Below, piece by piece: positions 10,240 through 19,584 of a stretch of DNA of 56,878 nt. This DNA is from Prasinococcaceae sp. CCMP 1430 (Eukaryota > Plantae > Prasinodermophyta), in assembly GCA_013416795.1 (NCBI GenBank), contig RQSC01000014.1, positions 1 through 56,878 of the forward strand, in the 5' to 3' direction. Under the pieces are notes generated by a model, which was not told the origin of the DNA, searched no databases, and saw nothing but the letters and a program-made list of their open reading frames with translations. The position numbers and the translations under genes are program-made. The first letter of the stretch is position 1; every line of letters starts with the position of its first letter.

Positions 10240-11145
10240 ATGGCGCTCGTGGCGGTGGCGCGGCGGTCCGCCGCGACCAGGGCGGCGGCGGCGGCATTTG
10301 CAGCTGCGCTCTCGGCGCCACCAGGGCGTGCACGCGCGTACGCCGACAAGGCGTCGCTGCGCGCGGGCCTGGTCGCGGCGGCCGCGGCGCTGGTCGGTCT
10401 CGGGCTTGAACGCTTCCCAGATCACGCCCGAAAGCGGATCGCTCGACGGCCAGGCGCCGGTCACCGGCTTGCCGCTGGCGCGGAAGTGCTTGATCGCCAG
10501 GCGGATCTCGTCAGCGGCCGCGGGCTCGATCCCGCCCTCCAGCGTGCGGCAGGGACGGCGCGGCCTGCCGCTACGCCCATCGGTGGCAGTGCCGGCGCCG
10601 GCGCCTCCTTCGCTGCCGGCGCCGCGCAGGCTGGCGGCGTGCTCCCGGCGGGCCTCCCGGCGCACACCGTCATGGAGATGCCCGCACTGTCCCCGACGAT
10701 GGAGAGCGGCACGCTGTCCGAATGGGCCAAGGCCGAGGGTGACGAGGTCGCCGCGGGTGACGTGCTCGCTACCATCGAGACGGACAAATCCTCGATGGCG
10801 TGGGAGGCGATGGACGACGGCTATGTCGCGAGGCTGCTCGTGCCAGAGGGCACGCAGGACGTCGCCGTTGGTCGACCCGTGCTGGTGATGGTCGAGGAGG
10901 CGGAGGACGCGAAGGCATTCAAGGAAGTCGCAGCCGATGCGTTCGGCTCCGTGGCAGGCGGAGGCGGTGCTGAACCGTCCGCCACGGGTGTGACGGCTGC
11001 CCCGGCCGCGCCGTCCGCTGCAGTTGCTGCCGGAGGCGGCGCGCCCGTGGCGGCGCCCACCGCCACAGCGAAGGGTGACGTGCCCAGGCGGCGGCGGCGC
11101 TACAAGCATGCCGCCACGGGATGGACGCTCACAGAGTGGTACTAA
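10240..11145 (+). CDS. Putatively mitochondrial protein with a single PDH-E2-type lipoyl domain and no catalytic domain
   Basis: Arg/Ala-rich presequence ending RARAYA; MPALSPTMESG..W.KAEGDEVAAGDVLATIETDKSSM...GYVARLL..G..V.VG.P lipoyl signature; Ala/Pro linker, then stop. Confidence 0.8.
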   Translation: MALVAVARRSAATRAAAAAFAAALSAPPGRARAYADKASLRAGLVAAAAALVGLGLERFPDHARKRIARRPGAGHRLAAGAEVLDRQADLVSGRGLDPALQRAAGTARPAATPIGGSAGAGASFAAGAAQAGGVLPAGLPAHTVMEMPALSPTMESGTLSEWAKAEGDEVAAGDVLATIETDKSSMAWEAMDDGYVARLLVPEGTQDVAVGRPVLVMVEEAEDAKAFKEVAADAFGSVAGGGGAEPSATGVTAAPAAPSAAVAAGGGAPVAAPTATAKGDVPRRRRRYKHAATGWTLTEWY

Positions 11146-11363
11146 CCGGCGGCAGCACGATCACAGCGATGCGATGCCAGCTATGGCGAGCCGGCCAGCC
11201 TCGCACATTTCCGTAAGCCCTTTTCCATTTGCATTTTGAACACTCTCAGCGGAGCTGCGCGACGGTGGCACCACAGAGCGCAGGCGGCGCGCCACGTCCG
11301 CGGGGTGTGACAGGTGATGGCGGGCCGCCGCGCGTGAGGGCACGGGTCGAATTCCGCGGCGCA

Positions 11364-12194
11364 ATGGCGAAGGCATCGGCGACCGCCGCTGCAGCTGTTC
11401 TTGCCACCGCCACTGCGCCGGCGTGCGCTTTCTCAGTGGCACGCGGAGGCAGAGTGCGCCGGTGCGTTCGGCGGCGCTCCACGCGCCGGTGCGCGCGCTT
11501 GGTAGGCGCTGTGGGCGTGGCGGGCGTCATGGGCGCGGCAAATGCGGCTGCTTGGCCTGCTGGTGTCGTCACCGCCGCCACAGCACACGCCGTTCTCGCA
11601 GTCGGCGCGTACTGTGTGCGTCGCGGCACGTTCCATGGCCTGGCGCCTGCCGATGTGCTGCGTATGCACATTGCGCCGCTGCTCGCCGCGCGCACGCACG
11701 AGGGCCGCGCATACACCGGTGGCGGGCGACGCGCATGGGCAGCAGCGCGGTCATTGCTATGGGTTGCATGGTGCGCCACCTTGTGGCCTGCAGCCGAAGC
11801 CCTTCTGATGCTCGCGGCCGCTGCGAGCGCGGCGCGTGGTGCGCGTCCGCGTCGCAAGCTTGCAGCGCTCTTCTATGACTATCCCGGCGCCAACGGCTGC
11901 GGCATGATCATTGAGGAGCGCACTGCGCAGCAAGCAGGGCACGAGTACTTTGCCCACGGTGCGGCGGCGGGGCGCCGCCGCGCCCAGCTGCTGCGGCTCG
12001 ATTGGCACCGCTTCAAGCTGTGCAGCCTGCCAGTGCCAAGCAAGCCGCGCAGCCGTGGGAATGAGCCCCGGCAGCATCGTGCGGTGCACGTCAATCTCCC
12101 ACACCTAGACCTGCCGCGCGCGGGCGTCGAGCATTGGCCGTGGCGGCAACTCGCGAAGCGGGCGCTTGCGCGCGGCGCGCCAGGGAGGGCGTGA
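11364..12194 (+). CDS. Hypothetical membrane protein
   Basis: ATG 11364, Ala/Arg-rich leader, two to three hydrophobic segments; no recognisable family. Confidence 0.4.
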   Translation: MAKASATAAAAVLATATAPACAFSVARGGRVRRCVRRRSTRRCARLVGAVGVAGVMGAANAAAWPAGVVTAATAHAVLAVGAYCVRRGTFHGLAPADVLRMHIAPLLAARTHEGRAYTGGGRRAWAAARSLLWVAWCATLWPAAEALLMLAAAASAARGARPRRKLAALFYDYPGANGCGMIIEERTAQQAGHEYFAHGAAAGRRRAQLLRLDWHRFKLCSLPVPSKPRSRGNEPRQHRAVHVNLPHLDLPRAGVEHWPWRQLAKRALARGAPGRA

Positions 12195-12277
12195 TGCCGG
12201 CCGGGCGAGCACATTAATGTAGCTGTGTAGAATACGGAGCGAGACCAACAGAGCGCGCGGTGCGCACGCGCCGGCGC

Positions 12278-13564
12278 TCAGAGCTCCGAGCTGTCGTGCG
12301 CAGCCTCCGTGCCTTCGTCCTCCGCCTCGTCGGCTTCGAGCATGGCATCCAGGCGCGCGGCGCGCTCGTCGGCGGAGAGCTCCGCCTCCGCCTCCGCCTC
12401 CCCCTCCTGCCCCTCCTCCAGCAGGTCGCCAACCGAATCGGCGAAGATCTCCTCGTATGTCTTTTCCGAATCAGGCTTCTCCTCCTTCGGCTTCTCCGTC
12501 TCCTCAGCCTCCGTGGAGTTGGTGTCGGTGCCGTTTGAGATCTGCTTATTCGCCGTCGCCCAGTTCATGAATTCGTCGAAGGAGTTGCCAGCAGTGTCAC
12601 GCATCTCCTTGACCGCCTCCTCGTCGGGCGCGTTGAGGTAGAAGGCGACACCGCCGGCCACCAACAAGGCGAGCACGGTGAGGCGGCTCCACCACTTGGC
12701 AAGCCCCGCCTTCTTGTCGAAGCCGTAGCGCGGCAGAAGCGCGTCCATGAACGGCACGTCGTCGTTGAAGAGGTTGGGGAACACCCAGAAGCTGCGTCCG
12801 GTGGTAAGCCACACAACGCTGTAGACCAACAGCCGCACGAAGATGGTGGTAAATATGAGCGCCAACAGCGCCACGCAGACGTACACCACGCCGAACTTGA
12901 ACCAGAGCGGCGCGATCGGGTAGAGGCACATGAGCACCGGCGCGAGCACGAGCGCCGCGCCCTGCAGCAGACTCTTGAGCTGCACGGGGCGCACGTAGAC
13001 GAAGCCGTAGTACGTGTCATCATCGTCGATGTCGGCCGTCTCCCCCGCGCGCTTGCCGCTGTAGCTGACCGTGGTGGTCTGCGTGGCGCGGAAGAGCTGC
13101 TCCTTGTGCCACACATATTTGCGCGGCCAGCGCGGCAGCTTCTTCTTCCCCGGTGGCAGCTTGGTGTTGTGCCGGTCGAGGCGAAGGAAGAGCTTGTGCT
13201 GCATCATGCGCATGCATGCGACCGCGACCAGCGGCTTCAAACCGAGCCGTTCGGCGCCCCTCAGCTCTGTCTCGGTGAAGGCGTCTTCGCCCTCGGGCAG
13301 CTCGAGCTTCTGCCGCACGAGCTCTTCATGCTTCTCGATCCACTCGCGCATCTCCCGACCTTTGAACACGTCGAGGCGCGTGGCGTCGCCACCGACGAGG
13401 ACGCCGTCGCGCACGTCGATACCCTTGCGCCCACCCTCCATGCACTGCTCGCATAGCGAACGCAGCGCAAGGTACTTCGGATCGAGGTCGGCGTCAGCCT
13501 TGCCCACCGTGCCGTCCGCGTTGACGCCCACCGCCTCGCGCGCCTTCTGCATCGCCGCCTCCAT
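12278..13564 (-). CDS. SEC62: ER translocon subunit Sec62
   Basis: FKG..M..WI, FLRLDR, Y.FVY.RP, two TM helices around MCLYPIAPLWFKFGVVY, GRSFWVFPNLFNDD, acidic tail; single exon. Confidence 0.88.
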   Translation of the reverse strand: MEAAMQKAREAVGVNADGTVGKADADLDPKYLALRSLCEQCMEGGRKGIDVRDGVLVGGDATRLDVFKGREMREWIEKHEELVRQKLELPEGEDAFTETELRGAERLGLKPLVAVACMRMMQHKLFLRLDRHNTKLPPGKKKLPRWPRKYVWHKEQLFRATQTTTVSYSGKRAGETADIDDDDTYYGFVYVRPVQLKSLLQGAALVLAPVLMCLYPIAPLWFKFGVVYVCVALLALIFTTIFVRLLVYSVVWLTTGRSFWVFPNLFNDDVPFMDALLPRYGFDKKAGLAKWWSRLTVLALLVAGGVAFYLNAPDEEAVKEMRDTAGNSFDEFMNWATANKQISNGTDTNSTEAEETEKPKEEKPDSEKTYEEIFADSVGDLLEEGQEGEAEAEAELSADERAARLDAMLEADEAEDEGTEAAHDSSEL

Positions 13565-13685
13565 GGCTGGGTGCCGCTGCGCGGGAGGCTAAGGGTCGTC
13601 GGCTTTCGGGCGTGCCGGCCTGTCCACTGCGGCCTTTCGCACGCGACCGGCGCGCAAAGAGCACGTGCAGTGACGGGCGGCAGGG

Positions 13686-13693
13686 TATAAATA
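13686..13693. promoter_or_regulatory. TATA box (TATAAATA on plus; TATTTATA on minus)
   Basis: Isolated AT-rich octamer in very GC-rich sequence, ~120 nt upstream of the SEC62 ATG; orientation ambiguous. Confidence 0.5.
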
Positions 13694-14257
13694 GGCGGGC
13701 TCCGCGCCGGCGGCGCGCGGCGCGCCGATCGGCTTCTGTCCCCCCCCTCTCTCTTGCGCGCGATCGCAGGCGCGGCGCGGTGCGCGCCGGCCGGCCCTCC
13801 GACGCCTCGGCCGTAGCGCGATGGGCGCTCGTGTGCAAGGCCGACCCCGCCCCTCCCCCCTTTGCCGCCGCGGCTGTCGGCCCGCCAAACCGCGATCGCG
13901 CTCGTTCTCCCGTGTGGTTCCCTGCCTACCAACACCCGCAGAGACGCCATCAAAATGCGTTCAATGGGGCTCATCAAATAGCATGCGGCGGAGCGGCTGA
14001 CAGCGGGCCCCTGCCAGCGCCGCTTTTTTTTTTTTTGGCTCTCTGAGTGAGCGTGCGAGTGGCGACCAACAAACGAACGCGACGGTTGGCAGACTGCCAC
14101 TCTGCGCGCCGTGAGCGCAGGGTGGCAGGGAGGCGCACGGGCATCCTCACGCTTGAGCCGGAGAGGCTGGCCAGCAAGTGCTCGCAGCGCGGCGGTGTCT
14201 GCGCGAGGTGAATATGTAATTAGTGATTGTACGTGGCGGCGGGGCGCGCGCGCACGC

Positions 14258-17200
14258 CTAAGCGCCCTTCGAGGCGTCCCCCTTGGGTTGTGCCGCCTTG
14301 GAATGGTGCACCCCGCCGCGGGCCGCTGAAATCGACACGGTCGCCTGAGGGATGCTGCCTCGTGCTGTTCCGCCCCTGATGCCAGTGAGAAAAGCAGCCT
14401 TGCTTCTCTTTTGGTCGCGCTTCTGCTCAACGGTGGCTCGCAGCATGGCGCCGTCGAGCACGGCGTCGCCGCTGCCCTCGCAAGCGAATGCTGCCGCCTG
14501 CGCTGCCGATGCGAGCTTGCCGATCTGGCGACCGCTAAAGCCCTCGGTGGCCTCCGCCGCGTCCATCAAGTCGGCGTCGCTTGCACATAGCACTGGAGGC
14601 TCGGGGCGGCCAAAGACGCGCCGTGCAAGCTTGTAAAGCGTGCTCCTCTTCGCATTCGCGGGGAAGAACTTGTGAAGCTGGCGGCGCAAGATCTCCAAGC
14701 GCTCGGCCTTGCGTGGCAAGTCGAAGAAGACCGCTTCGTCCATGCGGTCGAGCACGGCACTGTCGAGGTCTTCAGGCCTGTTGCTGGCCAGCACGAGCAT
14801 GACGGTGGAGCTCGCGCCGCCCGTGCAGTACAATAGCGCGTTGAGTGCGCTGCGTACACCCTCCGACATGCGCTCGCCGCCATCCACACCGGCGGCGTCG
14901 CGGCAGCGCAGGAAAGCGTCCGCCTCGTCGATGAAAAGCACGAGCCCCTTGCGCGAGCGCGACGCCCACTTGAACAAGGCGTGGATCTCTGTGACAGCCT
15001 CCTTGCCCATGGGAGCAACATCGCCGCCGGTCATCACGGCGTAGTCGAGCCCGCTGTGGCGCGCAAGCTCGAGCGCCGCCATCGTCTTGCCCGTGCCTGG
15101 CGTGCCGTGGAAGAGCACGTTTCGCATAGGCGCGCCACGACGCTGCGCGCTGGCTGCGGCGCGACCCAGCGTCGACAGTCGAGTCCCTAGCTCGGGAGAT
15201 AGCACAGCCTTCTCATGCGCCTCGAGACGACGCAGGAGCTTCCACGGGCGCCTCCAGTCGCCGCGACTTGTCTCGCGAAGCAGCCTGGGGGCGCCCATGA
15301 GCCACGCATGCAGAGCCCCGCCAAACGCCTTGAATAGCTCGCGTGCGGCAAAATACGCCGCCGCGAGCGCCGCGAGCGCACCCATCACGGCACGCAAAGT
15401 GTCGGGCTCGCTCACGAGCGCGCGCGAGCCGCTCGCAAGCGTAGCCAGGACCTCGCGTGTTGCTGCCACGATCGCTTCGCGCTGCGCGTCCGCCGCTACC
15501 TGCGCCGCTGCCACTGCGCGCTGCTTCTCGATTTCCTCGGTTTCGATCGCCTTGCGGATTGCAGCGTCGGCCTCCGCCTGCGCCTTGCCCTCCGACGCAC
15601 GCACGGATGCCTCGGCCTCTGCGTCGGCCTTGGCCTTGGCAGTCTCGAACTCAACCTCGGCCATGGTGCGCTTGGCATCCAAATCGACAGCCGAGCGCGC
15701 CCTTGCGCCTTCTGTCCTCAGCGCCTCGAGGCGTCGCTCGCTCGCTTCTCGCGCCGCCGTCTTGTCGGCATCTGCTGAGCGCTCCAGCTCCGCCCGAGTT
15801 TCGAGCCTGCGCTCTGCCAGCTGATGTTCATACTGCGCCAGCTGCCAAGAACAGCCGAGCTCGGCACTGCACTGCCCACCGTAATATGTTACGCGCAGCT
15901 CCGCGGGGTCGAGCAACGCATTGCCCGAGCGGTCTCGGACGGTGCTCGCCGCAAAGCTGATGGTGAGGATGCCCAGAGCCGCTGGTTCCACGGTGCCCCT
16001 GAAACGCATCGCACCACCCCCCTCCTCCTCGTCAAGAGACGCGATCACACCACCGCCGCCGCTCACCTCCAGTGCCCCCGGACCAATGCCTTCGACCGGC
16101 TCGTCACACTCAACCAGGATGTCAAACGGTCCGGACACGTCCTCCTCAGGGCCTGACAACGTGCAGCGCGGCGCGTGCTCGTCGCGCAACGCGCCGACAG
16201 CTGCCGGTGCCACCAGGCCCCCAACCGTCGTCACGACGTCGCCGGCAGGCCAGGCCGAAAGGACCACCAGCCTGCCGCTCGAGCGCTCGGCTACGATCAC
16301 ACGACCGAGCCGGTCGACCTCAAGCCCGGAGGGCTCAGCAATCCTTCCCTCGCCGATGCTGCCGGCGAATGTAAGGTCGCGCGCGTGGAAGACGGCCACG
16401 CGCCCGGCATCTGCATCAGCCACGTACACGTTGCCTTCCCCGTCCGTATCTACCGCCACCGGTCTCTGCAGCACGTCGCCTTCCGTGCCGAGCACGGAAT
16501 CCAGCGACATGTCGGCCGTGTGGAGCACGTGCACGGCCCGCGCGGTGGCGTCGCACACAAATACACGCCCGCGTGCATCAACCTCGATGCCGATGGGCTC
16601 CTGTAGCGCCTCTGAGGTGAATGACGCCTGGACCTCATGCTCGGCGTCAAGCCTGACCACGATGGCGCCGTCGCCGCCGACGCGTGCGATGTAGAGGTTA
16701 CCGTCATGTTCCTCAACGGCGCGCACGCCGTCGAAACCAGTGAGCGTGCCGGCGTTTGCGTGTGCGGCCGCGCCGTCGAACATACGGACAACGCCCGCCT
16801 CCGAGTCGGCGACGTACACCATGCCTGCTTCATCCACTTCCACAGACGCCGGCACCCCCGGCATCGAGATCTCTCCAAGGCGCTTGTAGCTCTCGCTGAG
16901 CAGGATTATGCGGCGCTGCTCGGGCTCTGCCACGTATAGGTTGCCGTTGGACACAGCCACTTCGATGGGATCGGCGGCTGCACTTGGGTTGCCGGCGGCG
17001 TCACTGCCAGCGCCAGCACGTAGGCCGAGACGCAACATTGAAGCACCCACGGACGGTGTTACCTGCACCTTGAAGCGGCTAGCTGCCGTGGCCTTCGTGA
17101 AGGATGCCGCCAGCGTCGCCATGCCCTCCAGCACCTCCACCGCGTTGGGCTCCATGTTTCGCACCACCTCTGAGAACGAAATCACGAGCTCGAACGAGTC

Positions 17201-18805
17201 CGCCTGTGCTCCGGCGGGCGCCGAGAGCGTCGCCTTCGGCGGCGTGCCATCGTACGTCACCATAAGTCTGTTCCCTTCCTTCGCATTCGCGTTGCCCCCT
17301 GAGTCGATGGCTGCGTCCGTACCGACATGAATGGAGAGCATGCCGTCGGCAGCGGGGTGCACAACGCACTCGTATCTGTCGCCAGCCTCGGAGCTGCGCC
17401 ACTTGGCCACAGTGCCACCAACGCCAGTGATGACAACCTTCGATGCGTCGAAACCGCTCACTGGCTCCGACCACTGGAACGTGACAGCGATCTCGTCGGC
17501 CACTATGGAGGACTTTGACTCGCTCCCATGGCGCGAGAGAACGACAGTTGGCGGCAGGTCGACCTCCCAACGCACGGGGCCAAGCAACGCCTCGTTGCCC
17601 GCCGCGTCGACGAGGCGCACCTCGAACTCATGCCCCCCATCAGAGAGGCGCGTCAGAAGGTAGGGCGACTCGCACGGCGTCCAAGCCCCGTCGTCAGCGC
17701 GGCAGGCTGCGGTAACGGCCACGCCTGCGGCGCTGTCGGCATCGGTCGCCCAATCGAATTTGGCGGCCGTGCTCATCGAACGCGCGGGCGGTGTTGTGCT
17801 GAACACCGCCGAGGGACCCACGGTCTTCACCACCCAGCGGTACGAGGGGGCGGTTGCCTTTGATTCCGCGTTGTCTGAGGCGTCCACCGCCCGCACAGAG
17901 AAGCTATGCTCGCCGTCGGCCAACCCCTCGTACCGCGCGGGGCTCGTGCACTCCTCTTCGTCAGCGCCATCAACGCTGCAAAGGAAACGCGCGATGCCCG
18001 ACGCGTCGTCCCGTCCGGAGAAGCCGAAGGCGACGGTCGAGGAGTTTGCATGCTGCGCTGGCCCTGACTTCAGGATGGTGACGGGCGCCTGCGTGTCGAG
18101 GCGGTGCTCGACGGTGAGCACCGGGCGCCAGTTGGCGTTGGCGTGCTCTGTCCCCGCCACGGCCGCGCGCGTCCAGCACGCCTCGTCCGCCGAAAACAGC
18201 TCGAAGCCAAGCATCGCCTCCGTGCTGTCTCCGCCCATATTTCTCCGGAGCGCTTCGGTGACGTCGAGAGTGTGGGTCACCCACACCCCGCGCTGCTGCG
18301 CGTCGACCTCGACGATGTCGAGCGGCTGACCGCGCTGCGGGCGCGACGCCCACGTCACGGCGCCGCCGCCGCCGCGCCCGGCGCCGAGCTCACGAGCGGC
18401 CGCCTCGGCGATTGACACGCGGCGCATGTCTTGGTCGAGGCGCCGCAGCGTGAGCGACAGCGTCGCGCGCGTCACGTCGAGGCTGGCGCCGTCCCTCCAG
18501 AGCGCGTCAAGGGAGAACAGCAGCCACGAGTGCGCGTCGCCGCCAGGTGCACCCGCGGCCGCACACCGCTGCCCGATCGGCAGCGTGTCGGCGGACGCCA
18601 CTGCGCGCATGGCATCAGCCATCGCGGCCTCGTCCGCCCAACCCGGTTCGGAGGCGACTCCAGCGGCCGCATCGATCGCCACGCGCTCATACCTCCATTC
18701 GCCTCGCGCTCCGCCCGCGAACGCAGCCACGAGCGCGGCGGCGAGCGCCGCGCGCGCCACCGCAGCCGCGCGCCGCGCGCCTGCGCGTGCCCGCGTCCGC
18801 GCCAT
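14258..18805 (-). CDS. Secreted-type multidomain protein (signal peptide, CBM96/DNRLRE-like, 5 Ig-like repeats, NHL propeller) fused to ATAD3-like coiled-coil/TM/AAA+ ATPase
   Basis: One uninterrupted frame. Signal MARTRARAGARRAAAVARAALAAALVAAFAGGARG. ATAD3 hallmarks: LLRETSRG, APMRNVLFHGTPGTGKTM, SGLDYAVMTGGDVAPMG, LFKWAS.SRKGLVLFIDEADAFL, RMSEGVRSALNALL, NRPEDLDSAVLDRMDE. Confidence 0.85.
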   Translation of the reverse strand: MARTRARAGARRAAAVARAALAAALVAAFAGGARGEWRYERVAIDAAAGVASEPGWADEAAMADAMRAVASADTLPIGQRCAAAGAPGGDAHSWLLFSLDALWRDGASLDVTRATLSLTLRRLDQDMRRVSIAEAAARELGAGRGGGGAVTWASRPQRGQPLDIVEVDAQQRGVWVTHTLDVTEALRRNMGGDSTEAMLGFELFSADEACWTRAAVAGTEHANANWRPVLTVEHRLDTQAPVTILKSGPAQHANSSTVAFGFSGRDDASGIARFLCSVDGADEEECTSPARYEGLADGEHSFSVRAVDASDNAESKATAPSYRWVVKTVGPSAVFSTTPPARSMSTAAKFDWATDADSAAGVAVTAACRADDGAWTPCESPYLLTRLSDGGHEFEVRLVDAAGNEALLGPVRWEVDLPPTVVLSRHGSESKSSIVADEIAVTFQWSEPVSGFDASKVVITGVGGTVAKWRSSEAGDRYECVVHPAADGMLSIHVGTDAAIDSGGNANAKEGNRLMVTYDGTPPKATLSAPAGAQADSFELVISFSEVVRNMEPNAVEVLEGMATLAASFTKATAASRFKVQVTPSVGASMLRLGLRAGAGSDAAGNPSAAADPIEVAVSNGNLYVAEPEQRRIILLSESYKRLGEISMPGVPASVEVDEAGMVYVADSEAGVVRMFDGAAAHANAGTLTGFDGVRAVEEHDGNLYIARVGGDGAIVVRLDAEHEVQASFTSEALQEPIGIEVDARGRVFVCDATARAVHVLHTADMSLDSVLGTEGDVLQRPVAVDTDGEGNVYVADADAGRVAVFHARDLTFAGSIGEGRIAEPSGLEVDRLGRVIVAERSSGRLVVLSAWPAGDVVTTVGGLVAPAAVGALRDEHAPRCTLSGPEEDVSGPFDILVECDEPVEGIGPGALEVSGGGGVIASLDEEEGGGAMRFRGTVEPAALGILTISFAASTVRDRSGNALLDPAELRVTYYGGQCSAELGCSWQLAQYEHQLAERRLETRAELERSADADKTAAREASERRLEALRTEGARARSAVDLDAKRTMAEVEFETAKAKADAEAEASVRASEGKAQAEADAAIRKAIETEEIEKQRAVAAAQVAADAQREAIVAATREVLATLASGSRALVSEPDTLRAVMGALAALAAAYFAARELFKAFGGALHAWLMGAPRLLRETSRGDWRRPWKLLRRLEAHEKAVLSPELGTRLSTLGRAAASAQRRGAPMRNVLFHGTPGTGKTMAALELARHSGLDYAVMTGGDVAPMGKEAVTEIHALFKWASRSRKGLVLFIDEADAFLRCRDAAGVDGGERMSEGVRSALNALLYCTGGASSTVMLVLASNRPEDLDSAVLDRMDEAVFFDLPRKAERLEILRRQLHKFFPANAKRSTLYKLARRVFGRPEPPVLCASDADLMDAAEATEGFSGRQIGKLASAAQAAAFACEGSGDAVLDGAMLRATVEQKRDQKRSKAAFLTGIRGGTARGSIPQATVSISAARGGVHHSKAAQPKGDASKGA

Positions 18806-19584
18806 CCGGAGCGCGCCGCGGGAGCCCGAGGGGGCGGCAGGGGCGAAGAGGGGGTCGGACGTAGCTGCGCGCGTGCGGAGCTGAAGGGTGAGAGGCGCAG
18901 GCCCGGAAACGCACGGCGAGGCGCCCCCCAGGCCCCCGCCGGCGCCCCGCGCCTGCACCGCCCCCCACGCCCGCGCGCGCCCCGCCACAGTACCTCGTGT
19001 GGCACGCACCGAGACCGGCGCTGCGACCCCCCTTTCCGACCTGGGTCTGGCGTGCCAAGGCCCGCCGGCGCGCGCTCTCTCTCTCCCTCGCTCGGGGAAC
19101 TCGGCGCAGGCAGGGGGAACGGAACGCGCCAGGCGCCAGGTGGCTCCGATGCCGATGGGCTGGCTGGCGGTCATGGCGCAGTTCCCGCCTCCCGAGCCCC
19201 ACCCAAAGCGCGCCTGCCATGCACGAAATGATCCGAGGAGGCACTGGACTGCGAGCGCACTGCACCGCACCGGCCACACTTGTTACACCGGGTGCAGTAC
19301 CAAACGACCGAGCTCGGCGTGCGGCTCGCTGTGGTTTTTTGGTTGGTTGGGGGTGGTTGGGTTGAGCAGGCAGATGCCAGACGTCTCGCGAGCGCGCCGC
19401 GGTGTTCAGGCGCGTGCGTTCCCCGGGGCGGCGGCGCGGACGCCGCCAGAGCCCCCGCACGGGGCACAGACAGGCCAGCGCACGGGTAGGCGGGGCCAGC
19501 GCGCGGGCAGAGCGGTGAGGATGGGGGAAACGCGCTGGGCCGAAGCGGTCGGGCGGGCGCTGCGCTGAAGAGAGGGCCGCGCCG

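Noticed and set aside
13985-14036. Hairpin + T-run as a bacterial rho-independent terminator
   Set aside because: Eukaryotic context; poly-T/A tracts recur in intergenic regions here (9913, 23786, 24856). Kept only as part of a weak ncRNA candidate.
18806-19279. N-terminal 158-aa extension of the large ATPase ORF
   Set aside because: Starts at a GTG, is low-complexity and lies in the divergent promoter region; ATG 18805 directly precedes a signal peptide.
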